A stretch of 41,030 nucleotides of DNA. Source: Stramenopiles sp. TOSAG23-2 (lineage: Eukaryota). The position numbers were made by a program, and so were the translations under genes. This document shows positions 31,951 to 41,030 of the stretch, one piece after another. Every line of letters starts with the position of its first letter. Within the stretch, counting starts at the first letter, position 1. The stretch spans positions 1 to 41,030 of the forward strand of contig LT649304.1 in assembly GCA_900128395.1 (NCBI GenBank), given 5' to 3'. The notes beneath the pieces were generated by a model, which had not been told where the DNA came from, did not search any database, and saw nothing but the letters and a program-made list of their open reading frames with translations.

Positions 31951-32519
31951 GCTTTTATTAATACGCTGTTTCTTATTTTGATTATGTAATGTTTTGTATT
32001 GAACTTTCTTTCCCTTTGTTCTATCTATTGTAATATGAATATGTATATCTATGTATTATTTGCTAATAATGTACAAATGTGCAAATAAATAAATTAAAAA
32101 AAATGGATGGTAGTAGTCCAGTAAAAAATGTAAAAAATGTTGTTGTTTTTTTGTTACGTGCTTTAGCTTATTAATACCTGTAAATCTAGTGTACTCTGGC
32201 AAGCGCAGAGTCTTCCCTTTTAAATCTAGTGTAAGTGCACTACCACTGGTGGTAGTAAATGATGAGAGGAAGAAGAAAAAAAAAACAGTACAGCTTAGCA
32301 TAAACAGAGCACCGACTACGAGGACTCGTATATAATACTGTATGTACCTATATAATATATTTCATTTCCCCTTCCCAGGTACATGTTGCACATCATCATC
32401 ATCTGGAAAACGTAGATTTGGACCCAGAAAAAAATAAATATTATACATTTAGCAAAATTTTATATATATATAAAACAAACCAACTATATACTACAAACCA
32501 ACTGTATATAATTCTTTGT

Positions 32520-34037
32520 ATGGCAAATTTTCTATTTAATAAATTACTACGACCGGTGGTAACGGCAACTGTTGCTGCATGTACTGTCGTTGGTGGAATA
32601 GGGTATAACAATAATAAATATAATAATACTGCTTTTCAATGTGAAAAAAAAAATTCAAATTTCAAAATAATTAAAGCAGAATTATTAATACCCGGACGTG
32701 GTGAACCAATTGAAAATGGAACTGTAATTATAAAAGGGAAAAAAATTGTGTATGCTGGTTGCAGCGATGCTGTAAATATCAAGCTGGATGAAAATGAAAT
32801 TCAACAAATTATTGAAGCACCAGTTGTAATGCCAGGAATGTGGGATTGTCATGTTCATTTTATCGGTGAATCTGACACCCCATCTGGATCATTGTTTGAT
32901 TCTTTTTTAAAGGAGCATGTAGCAACAAGAGCTGCTCGATGTGTTGCTCATGCTGCAAAAGCTTTAGATGCTGGGTTTACTAGTGTTAGAGAAGTTGGTG
33001 GAATTGGATGTCACCTTGCAAAGTTGATTGAAGATAAATCTATCCGTGGGCCAAAAATTTATTATGCCGGTCAAATTTTGTCAACTACTGGTGGTCATGG
33101 TGATGAACATGATATACCAATGGAAGTATGTGCTGCAGCTGGACCAGATCGTAATATTGGCTATTTATGTGATGGCGTGCCTGAATGTTTAAAAGCTGTG
33201 CGTCTACAAATTAGAAATGGTGCTAGTCATATTAAAATTTGCACAAGTGGTGGAGTAATGTCCAAAGTAGATGATCCTTTGCATCAACAATTTAGCCCGG
33301 AGGAATTAAATGCTATTGTGCAGGAAGCAGCTCGCTCTGAACGAATAGTAGCAGCACATTGCCATGGAAAAGCAGGAATCAAAGCCGCACTTGATGCTGG
33401 ATGTAAAACAATAGAGCATGGAACGTATTTAGATGAAGGCATGGCAGTATTAATGAAGGAAAAGGATGCTATTTTAGTACCTACCCGTTGGATAATTGAA
33501 TCATTATTAAAAATTATAAATAAAAATGATAACGAAGATACAGATTTGGGAATGTCTGCAGAGAATAATTTGGAAACATATCAAATTAGAAAATTAAAGG
33601 AAATTGCAAATACACATATGAATGGCATGAGAATAGCACATAAAATTGGTGTAAAAATTGCTCTTGGTACAGACATGTTCATATCATCTGGTTGGGGATT
33701 TCATGGCGAAGAGTGTCATTACCTAGAAAAAATGGGATTGACTCCACTTGAAGTCATAGAAGCAGCCACTGCTAATGGTTGTGAGACTCTTGGGAAGCAG
33801 GCCCCATTGAGTGGAATCATTAAAGCTGGTTATGATGCAGATATTTTGATTTTGAATGAAAACCCATTGAAAAATGTCTCTATTTTAGGCAATGCAAAAA
33901 AAATTAAAATGGTGTTAAAAGGTGGTGAAATTGTGAAAAATACCATGATAGGTAAAGATTCTAACGATGGGTCTAAAAATGATGATGATGATATTGGTAA
34001 AGCTGGAAAAGCATTTGCATTTTGGAACAGAGCTTAA
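32520..34037 (+). CDS. Metal-dependent amidohydrolase (Xaa-Pro dipeptidase/prolidase-like subgroup) with N-terminal targeting-like extension
   Basis: MPGMWDCHVH (HxH), IKICTSGGV, AAHCHG, TIEHG, ALGTD, GYDADIL. First ATG at 32520 (the listed start is TTG). Confidence 0.9.
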   Translation: MANFLFNKLLRPVVTATVAACTVVGGIGYNNNKYNNTAFQCEKKNSNFKIIKAELLIPGRGEPIENGTVIIKGKKIVYAGCSDAVNIKLDENEIQQIIEAPVVMPGMWDCHVHFIGESDTPSGSLFDSFLKEHVATRAARCVAHAAKALDAGFTSVREVGGIGCHLAKLIEDKSIRGPKIYYAGQILSTTGGHGDEHDIPMEVCAAAGPDRNIGYLCDGVPECLKAVRLQIRNGASHIKICTSGGVMSKVDDPLHQQFSPEELNAIVQEAARSERIVAAHCHGKAGIKAALDAGCKTIEHGTYLDEGMAVLMKEKDAILVPTRWIIESLLKIINKNDNEDTDLGMSAENNLETYQIRKLKEIANTHMNGMRIAHKIGVKIALGTDMFISSGWGFHGEECHYLEKMGLTPLEVIEAATANGCETLGKQAPLSGIIKAGYDADILILNENPLKNVSILGNAKKIKMVLKGGEIVKNTMIGKDSNDGSKNDDDDIGKAGKAFAFWNRA

Positions 34038-34247
34038 AAAAGAGCTCATATGATATATTATAATATATATCATACGTCGTATATGTTTTAAGTAAAAATA
34101 TGTTTTAAGTAAGAGAATTTTTTATATCATATATATGATATTCATATGATAATATATAGGCATATTTTTATAAAATATATTTTTTATTAAAAATTTATTT
34201 TATCATATCTCTCATTAATAATCATCATATGTTCAAATCATATTCTT

Positions 34248-35969
34248 CTAATCTTTAGTAAGCTGTTTACATAATTTTGAAGATAGTAACTCTTTTTCAG
34301 CGATCTCATCATTTTTTTTTTTAGAATCTACAAATGGGAGGACCTTATCCATTTTTTCTAAAGCATATTTATCAAATCCTTGTTGAGAATTTACCCATTT
34401 AAATACGTCATCTGATCTGACATCTTTCGCAGTAGTATCAAAAATTAATTTAAATCCAACTGCTGACAGATCCTCCATATTTGGCATTTGTGAATCAGGA
34501 TCGTATTTGCAGAAACCACCGTCTAATACAGTATCCTCCGTACTTGTGTATGGGCATTGACCTAGACACTGACATGTTGCCATTTCCGGCGTTAAAGTAT
34601 TTAAATCATTTGAAGTTGGATCTCTTTGATTTGTAGCAATTAACGCACGTGCTTTCATGCTTTGTTGAAATTCCATAAAACTGGTGTAACATGTATCAAT
34701 TTGTTTGTTCATTGCGCTCTTAGTGGGTGCTTCTTGGCTTTCAGTTACTAGCTGCGCTTTCGTTTTAAACATAGGAGAACCACTACCTCTACAAGATGCT
34801 AATTTACACATAATTTCTTTTTCATTATTTGAATCACAGACACCGTCACACTTATCACAAAACCATGGCTTCCATTCCGTATATTGCCTTGTATTTTCCT
34901 TGATTCGTTTCAAATAATCATCCCTAGCTTTGTCGACAAAAGAAAACTCCTTTACAGCTGGTGTTTCCTCCAAAAATCCAAGATTTTTAGCCAGTTTATT
35001 CTTCTTTTGCATCTTCTTTTGCCTTCGCTTCTCCTTTTTTAATGCCCCTTTCAATTTTACAAATTCTAGTTGGGCTTTTTCACGATCTTCGGGTACTAAT
35101 ACGATTATATCTTCTTTGTCTATATTATATTCCGTGTATATTTTTTGGCAGTTCTGAAAATTGCTTTTTTCTGGTAAATCACTACATTTTAAACCATTGA
35201 AAACTGGAAAAGCCTTAACAATCCAGTAACATGCAATGCACTCTTCGGAAACGCGATCATCTTCACCTTCATTTTTCAAATTGGTACATTGCATATTTTT
35301 TTCACAATCGTCTGAGTGTATCATGTTGTAATCATGAATTCCAGTACATTTGTCAGTCAACAAATTTCCAGCACTATCGCGACAGTCTTTAGAATCACAA
35401 GTTGGTTTTAAGTCTGGAAATTTACGGTGTAACGCAGAACAAATTGCATAAGGTTTCACCTGACAAGCAGTTAAATACTGTATAAATGAACGTACCTCAG
35501 GATCGTACAAAAATTTTTGAACCCCTACTTTGCAATGTTCACCGCGTTCACATGGACTTGGCTCAGGTTGAAAATCTGACATGCTAGACACAGCTTTCGC
35601 TTTATCATCCATTTTTGGTTTTTGTCCATTGCATAAACTTCCACAATTAAAGCCACAAAGTTCACCATCAGAGCAAGGGAACGTCTTTGTACTTGCAGCT
35701 ACAACTTCTTGGCATATGTCACATGTAACTCCTCGGCCAGTAACTGGTTCTGGCGGTGGTACTGGTTTGGGATTGTTTCCTGGACCAGTGCTGCCTTCTT
35801 CCTGTGCGTCCTCATCAGTAGCAGCATTAACGTCTTCTCCACCACTGTCTTGTTTCAACATAGAAGTGTAAGAAGTTGGAGGTTTTGCACGTAAAGTAGC
35901 TGATTTGACATAATTACAAAAGACTAACGCAAAAAGAGAAATTATTAAAATTTGCAAATGCCACCTCAT
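34248..35969 (-). CDS. Secreted Cys-rich protein with saposin-like CxxC helices
   Basis: Signal peptide MRWHLQILIISLFALVFC. VTCDICQEVV...PYAICSAL and ECIACYWIV...ATCQCLGQC resemble two interrupted saposin-like units. Confidence 0.75.
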   Translation of the reverse strand: MRWHLQILIISLFALVFCNYVKSATLRAKPPTSYTSMLKQDSGGEDVNAATDEDAQEEGSTGPGNNPKPVPPPEPVTGRGVTCDICQEVVAASTKTFPCSDGELCGFNCGSLCNGQKPKMDDKAKAVSSMSDFQPEPSPCERGEHCKVGVQKFLYDPEVRSFIQYLTACQVKPYAICSALHRKFPDLKPTCDSKDCRDSAGNLLTDKCTGIHDYNMIHSDDCEKNMQCTNLKNEGEDDRVSEECIACYWIVKAFPVFNGLKCSDLPEKSNFQNCQKIYTEYNIDKEDIIVLVPEDREKAQLEFVKLKGALKKEKRRQKKMQKKNKLAKNLGFLEETPAVKEFSFVDKARDDYLKRIKENTRQYTEWKPWFCDKCDGVCDSNNEKEIMCKLASCRGSGSPMFKTKAQLVTESQEAPTKSAMNKQIDTCYTSFMEFQQSMKARALIATNQRDPTSNDLNTLTPEMATCQCLGQCPYTSTEDTVLDGGFCKYDPDSQMPNMEDLSAVGFKLIFDTTAKDVRSDDVFKWVNSQQGFDKYALEKMDKVLPFVDSKKKNDEIAEKELLSSKLCKQLTKD

Positions 35970-36426
35970 CTTTTGTTGCTATTCTACTATTTTATATTTA
36001 TTTATTATTTACAACAGGAAATTAATATATACATATATATATATACGTATACATACCTAATTATGCAAAGTATTTACCTGCAGTAGTAGTGGAGAAAATT
36101 AATCTATAAAAAATCCCCCCTTTGTATATACGTTTATCGCGATATTCCTTTTTTTTCATGGTTTTTTTCTTCATCATCAAGCATCAAGCCAAAAAAGTTT
36201 CGCCTTAAAAATGAACTTAATGATATTTACCTGTGTGTAGAAGCTTTATTGTTTCCAATGCTATTTACCTTGTAGAGATATATATCCCACATACCACATA
36301 CTCATCAAAAACGTTATAAATTTATTGTTTTGTGCTTTATTACAAAAGAAATAAATAAATGTAATGTTTACAAAATAAAAGTAATTGCACGAGACAAGAT
36401 TACCATATACATGTAAATGAGCAACT

Positions 36427-37691
36427 ATGGATGAGATGAATGATTATTTATTTACACAATTGCCAGTTACGCATGCAACGACATCGTACGATAAATTAGA
36501 AAAACCAGATGATAATGGACGTTATGCTTTACATTATGCATGTATGAATAAAGAAAGTACATTTGGACAAATTGAACGGATTTTATCATCAAATAGACGT
36601 GCTAGACGATATCGTGATATCAATAAAAAAATCCCTTTACATTATGCAATCGAACTTGGACCAGATGCAAATGAATCTATCATTGAGCTTCTTTTAACAC
36701 ATTATATGAAAGGTGCTGAATTTATGGTCTATGAATATGATCGTACATTATTGCACAAAGCAATTATGTTAGGTGGTAAATATGAAATTTTAGAAATGCT
36801 TCTTCATGCTTATCCAGACGCTATTACGATGAAAACACTTAATACAGAGCATTTGCCAATACATTATGGTATATTATATCACTCTCCATATGATATCATC
36901 CGATTATTGTATCATGCATATCCAAAGTCATTGGAAATGGTGGATTATCTTGGGCGTACACCCTTGCATATATCTATACGAAATCATTGCCCTATAAATG
37001 TTGTTAACTATTTGATAAGACGGCATCCACACGAATGTTCAAAGACTTCAAGACTTCATTGGAAGAATTGCCTAGTATAACGGACGAGGAAAAAGACGCT
37101 AGAAATGCAATTGCTGATGCCAACACATTGCTTCTTAATCAAGCAACAGATTTACAAGATGGAATGAAGGATCTTTTGCTAGAGGAAGATATACAATGGG
37201 AAGAATATAGTAACGAAATGAAATTTATTGAAATGTTGAAAAGGGAAGAAAAGACGCGTAAAGATGTACAAAATAGACGAAGGCGGGAAGAAATGTGGAA
37301 GAGAATGCGACGAAAGAAAAAGAAGAAAAAGAAAGATGAAGGCAAAAGTGGTTATAGCGATGATGAAGATGCATGGAGTTTTGCGACTGATGATGTCATT
37401 TCAATTGGCAGTTCCATCGCAGAAGGACTTACTGATGATGAATTGCTTTTCTTTAAACGATTAGAATATGAATTGACAGAAATGCATGAAATTTTAGAAA
37501 TGCATGAAATGGATGGGGCATATAATTACAAATCAAGAGCAGGTAGCCGAGGTGTTGGAAATGGATATCAATTAGATAGCAGAGGGAGTGATACATTTAT
37601 GAATATAAATGAGCAGCTTGGGATTAAAAATGAAATTGATGAGGAAGAGGATGCACTGGAAGATGCATTTGGTGCAATGTTACATAAGTAA
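36427..37691 (+). CDS. Ankyrin-repeat protein with acidic/coiled-coil tail, frameshifted by an 8-bp duplication (418 aa if repaired)
   Basis: Ankyrin motifs GRYALHYAC, IPLHYAI, LPIHYGI, GRTPLHISI. AAGACTTC is doubled at 37042..37057; removing one copy fuses the two ORFs (SKTSLEELP). Confidence 0.8.
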
Positions 37692-37766
37692 AAAAGTTCC
37701 TACACGTACTGTCCTTCTTTGTATTTATATTTTATATATATCATAAAAAATTTCTTTTTACACACG

Positions 37767-37790
37767 CACACACACACACACACACACACA
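37767..37790. repeat. (CA)12 microsatellite
   Basis: Direct reading; abuts the stop codon of the 4-TM gene. Confidence 0.95.
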
Positions 37791-38516
37791 CTAGTCGATA
37801 CTATTCATTCTAGATATAGATACTCTCTGGCCACCAGGGCTATCAATAATGCGTCTCCTAAATTTATCTAATTTCTTTTCAAGTGAACTTTTTTTCTTTA
37901 ATTTTTTTCGTTGAGATAACATTTCTTGCGGTGTAATAAATTCACTGGATATTTTGTCATAAAACTTAATTAACATGCATATCAAAAAAAGCATTAAACC
38001 TGTCAATACTATCATATATTTATATAAATCGTTTGACAAAGTACACCTCAATTCACAATCTCTCATGGAATTGAAATTATTGTCAGTGCTATCTTTAGAT
38101 CCATATACTACGTTTAATTGTTGTCGTTCTGCAATTTCGTTGAAATATTTTTCACATAGTTGAGAGCATTTTTTATTTAAATGTGATGTGGACTCTTCAA
38201 GCATGGTATAATGTAATCCAAACGATAGACTTAAAAAAAATAAATATTTAACTTTCTGTTCTGGCATGATAAGTTTTCTAATATCAGTTAATATTTGTGA
38301 TGAAAATAATACTGTAAAAACGCCTTGCGTTACAGTTAGTAACATAGACATGCCGGATTGAGCTGCGCCGCACAATAAAACTAAAATGGCACCAAAAATA
38401 ATATTAAAATTCAATAAAAATATTATAAGTTTATTTATTAACCATTCAAAACATAAACAGCGGCATATTGATTGATGTTTATTCTCATGATGGGTATCCC
38501 TTGTTGTTCCTTCCAT
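37791..38516 (-). CDS. Membrane protein with ~4 hydrophobic segments and a Cys-containing loop before the last TM
   Basis: Hydrophobic stretches; CSQLC...DCELRC loop; basic C-terminal tail. Confidence 0.7.
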   Translation of the reverse strand: MEGTTRDTHHENKHQSICRCLCFEWLINKLIIFLLNFNIIFGAILVLLCGAAQSGMSMLLTVTQGVFTVLFSSQILTDIRKLIMPEQKVKYLFFLSLSFGLHYTMLEESTSHLNKKCSQLCEKYFNEIAERQQLNVVYGSKDSTDNNFNSMRDCELRCTLSNDLYKYMIVLTGLMLFLICMLIKFYDKISSEFITPQEMLSQRKKLKKKSSLEKKLDKFRRRIIDSPGGQRVSISRMNSID

Positions 38517-38934
38517 AGATATGATGAAACTTTAATTAAATGATAATGTACCGAGAGATTACACTCTGTAAACTTTTAATAAAAATTCTTCTTTTTTTTT
38601 TTTGATCCAATATTATTTACACATGTCAATTCATGTGTTTTTAATCAATCCATTTGATCTTAAAAAAATGTAATTTTTTTATATAATCTGTGCATCTCTT
38701 GGTTGTTGTTTTGCACTTTTTGAGCTTGAATGCTTGAATCGAAATGCATCAATGCACCGCTATAATAGGTTAGAATAGGGGCCGATATTTTTTTATATTA
38801 ATATATATATATATATTTTAAATATTGTAATATACACTATCATATATTTTAATATTTAAATATTTTATAATTAATTACCCCGTTTTTCTCACCCTTTTTT
38901 CACTATACATCACAATCTCTCTCTCTTGAAAATC

Positions 38935-40290
38935 TTACTTCTTTAATGCAGCAAATCTTGCTGCTAATTCATCAAAATCAGGTACTGAATCATCGCTTTT
39001 TTGTGATTCTACCTTTGGTGCCTCTAATGTTGTTGATGGTGATACATTTATTGCTTTTGCTTTTTCGTCGTTGTCACCGCCACCGCCACCGCCACTGTTA
39101 CCACCACCACCATTGTTATTGTTGTTGTTGTTGTTGTTGTCATTATCATTGTTACTACTATCATTATCACCTGGTATTGATACTTGAATCGTTGAACCAG
39201 GTTTTACATCATCTGGGATATCAATTTCCATTTCCTCTCCATTTTGTAACTTTAACTTCATTTTATGTCCACTTTTAAAATTTAATGGAACTGTAATTGT
39301 AATAGTTTTTTGTCCACTATTTTGTCCGTTTGAGGATGATGGTGCGGATGGTAAACTACTTGAATTGTTGTTATTGTTGTTAGGTAGATTGACTGGTTTT
39401 CCGTCAACGTGTTTTAAATTAGGTATATCTTGGTTTAAATATTGTCCGTTAATAACAGGAACAGCTGGTTTGCCATCAATAAAGCTGGTATTTACCACAG
39501 GTGCTTTATAAGTTGGTGAAGCAAGTAATGCTCCACAATTAGAACATGCAAAGCGTGGAACGTTGATTGGTACTGCTAATATAGCTTTGCAGTTACCGCA
39601 TTGGACACGATTTTGCGTAGCCTGCACATCATCATCATTTGGAACAATTTGCTGCCCATACACTTGTTCCATTCCACCACCTGTTCCAGATTTAATGGAA
39701 AATCCAGTTGGTGCCGGCATTGGGTTGGATAAGGATTGTTCTGGAATTGCTTCTTCATGGTCCCATTCAACGTTATGCGCTTTTGCAATCTCTTTCATAT
39801 ATTGCAAAACTAAAAAGGAATTTGGTGGGTTGATACCAAGTTTGTTCACAATTCGATCATTCACAATGCGGTTTTCGTTCATCAATGCTCGCTCTATGAA
39901 TTTATCTCCATATTTAGCTTTAAACATTTTTCGGACTTTCATTAACTCCGGTATTTCCGTCCGTGCAGCTGCATAAATTACCGTCACTACACTTTCCTGC
40001 AAATCTGGTGGACACAACTTCAAACTTTGTATTAACGGCATGCGCTCATGCAACAACTCACACAGCAATGAAATAGTTTCATAAGCTTCCATTACAAAAT
40101 CTTCGCGTATAATATGCTCCGTTCTAATTCTAGCTTTTTCTTCTTTATTATCAGCTAATAACTGTGCAATTTCACGTTTTAACCCTTTAATTAATTGTGT
40201 TTTTTTATTTGTTTGTTGCGCAATACGTATTGATGCCATTTTCAATTGTGCTTTACATTTTTGTCCATTAAACGATGGTCCAAAAAACAT
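38935..40290 (-). CDS. IST1: IST1 (ESCRT-III-associated regulator of Vps4)
   Basis: KCKAQLKMASIRI..KARIRTEHIIRED..CELLHER..IYAAAR.EIPEL..KYG. C-terminal MIM1-like DFDELAARFAALKK. Confidence 0.93.
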   Translation of the reverse strand: MFFGPSFNGQKCKAQLKMASIRIAQQTNKKTQLIKGLKREIAQLLADNKEEKARIRTEHIIREDFVMEAYETISLLCELLHERMPLIQSLKLCPPDLQESVVTVIYAAARTEIPELMKVRKMFKAKYGDKFIERALMNENRIVNDRIVNKLGINPPNSFLVLQYMKEIAKAHNVEWDHEEAIPEQSLSNPMPAPTGFSIKSGTGGGMEQVYGQQIVPNDDDVQATQNRVQCGNCKAILAVPINVPRFACSNCGALLASPTYKAPVVNTSFIDGKPAVPVINGQYLNQDIPNLKHVDGKPVNLPNNNNNNSSSLPSAPSSSNGQNSGQKTITITVPLNFKSGHKMKLKLQNGEEMEIDIPDDVKPGSTIQVSIPGDNDSSNNDNDNNNNNNNNNGGGGNSGGGGGGDNDEKAKAINVSPSTTLEAPKVESQKSDDSVPDFDELAARFAALKK

Positions 40291-40804
40291 GTTGATGTAA
40301 TAATAATACCAATATTACTTGCTTATTATTAATAATTATAATAATAATAATAATGATTTAATTTTATTTTATTTCTATCTAGTTGTTATATATTATAACT
40401 TACATTACCTCTTTTTTGTTACTCTTTAATCTACAACAATATATATTTTTTTATATGTGCATACGTGCATACCAGCATTAATGCAACTATTATTAACATA
40501 ATTACAGTACCTGGTTATATGTGCTGTAAAAAAATATTGAAGAAGATGGAAGAATTTACCAGGTACTGTATACGTGCATATGCTCGTGGTTGCATAGTCT
40601 ACCAGGCATACCACACAGGCTACTCAGGAAACCTTAACGAGCAAATCGACTACGCACCTCATGAATCGAGCGTAGTAGCATATTTATACCATACCGGCAT
40701 ACCGCAAATATAGGTTTACTATTTAAGGATTACTGGATTACAGCTTTACCTGTGCCAGGCCCAGCGGTGGTGTGGAGGTGGTAGTTTTTTTACAATTTCT
40801 GAAA

Positions 40805-40945
40805 AAATCTAAATCGTTCATATTTTTTAAAATATAATTTAAGTATATATATTTGTACACTAATAATCCAATCAAATCAAAGGTAATCTTAGTATACAAT
40901 TATATATACTTAATATATTTTAAAAAATATGAACGATTTAGATTT
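40805..40945. repeat. Long inverted repeat (~58-bp arms, 25-nt spacer)
   Basis: 40805..40863 vs 40889..40945; the outer 32 bp are perfectly complementary. Confidence 0.9.
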
Positions 40946-41030
40946 CCAAAAAATATATATAGAATAATATAAAATATAAATAATTGAATTGATTATACTG
41001 GTATATTCTGATATATAGATAAAGGAAAAA

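Noticed and set aside
37035-37080. Programmed ribosomal frameshift between the ankyrin ORFs
   Set aside because: No slippery heptamer; the 8-bp duplication fully explains the shift.
37791-38516. Tetraspanin call
   Set aside because: Topology is similar but the diagnostic CCG motif is absent.
1-41030. Alternative (ciliate-type) genetic code
   Set aside because: Conserved proteins (IST1, URB2, amidohydrolase) are uninterrupted in the standard code and end at TAA at the expected positions.

Overview
AT-rich, gene-dense, nearly intron-free eukaryotic (protist-like) DNA. It uses the standard code, and has poly-Asn/Lys low-complexity tracts, (GT)n/(CA)n microsatellites and one canonical GT-AG intron. 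It is not prokaryotic; a stramenopile-like origin is a guess only. Recognisable genes are an IQ-motif protein (two exons), a GST N-terminal fragment, a ~1720-aa secreted Cys-repeat protein, an APH/EcKinase-like fragment, an LRR + tubulin-tyrosine-ligase-like fusion, a CH-PH-PH protein, URB2/NPA2, a metal-dependent amidohydrolase, a saposin-like secreted protein, an ankyrin protein, a 4-TM protein and IST1. The standout is 23285..24493. It carries the motif set of phage thymidine-hypermodification enzymes (aGPT-Pplase / amino acid:DNA transferase, clade 1-like) plus an NLS-like basic tail, and is followed by a TTAA-flanked, TIR-bounded non-autonomous DNA transposon. Also seen: a conserved ~31-35 nt element downstream of three unrelated genes, long AT-rich hairpins, and many junction-type tandem duplications and chimeric gene fragments. 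These last probably reflect assembly or amplification artefacts or merged haplotypes. All family calls come from motif recognition by eye; no searches were run.
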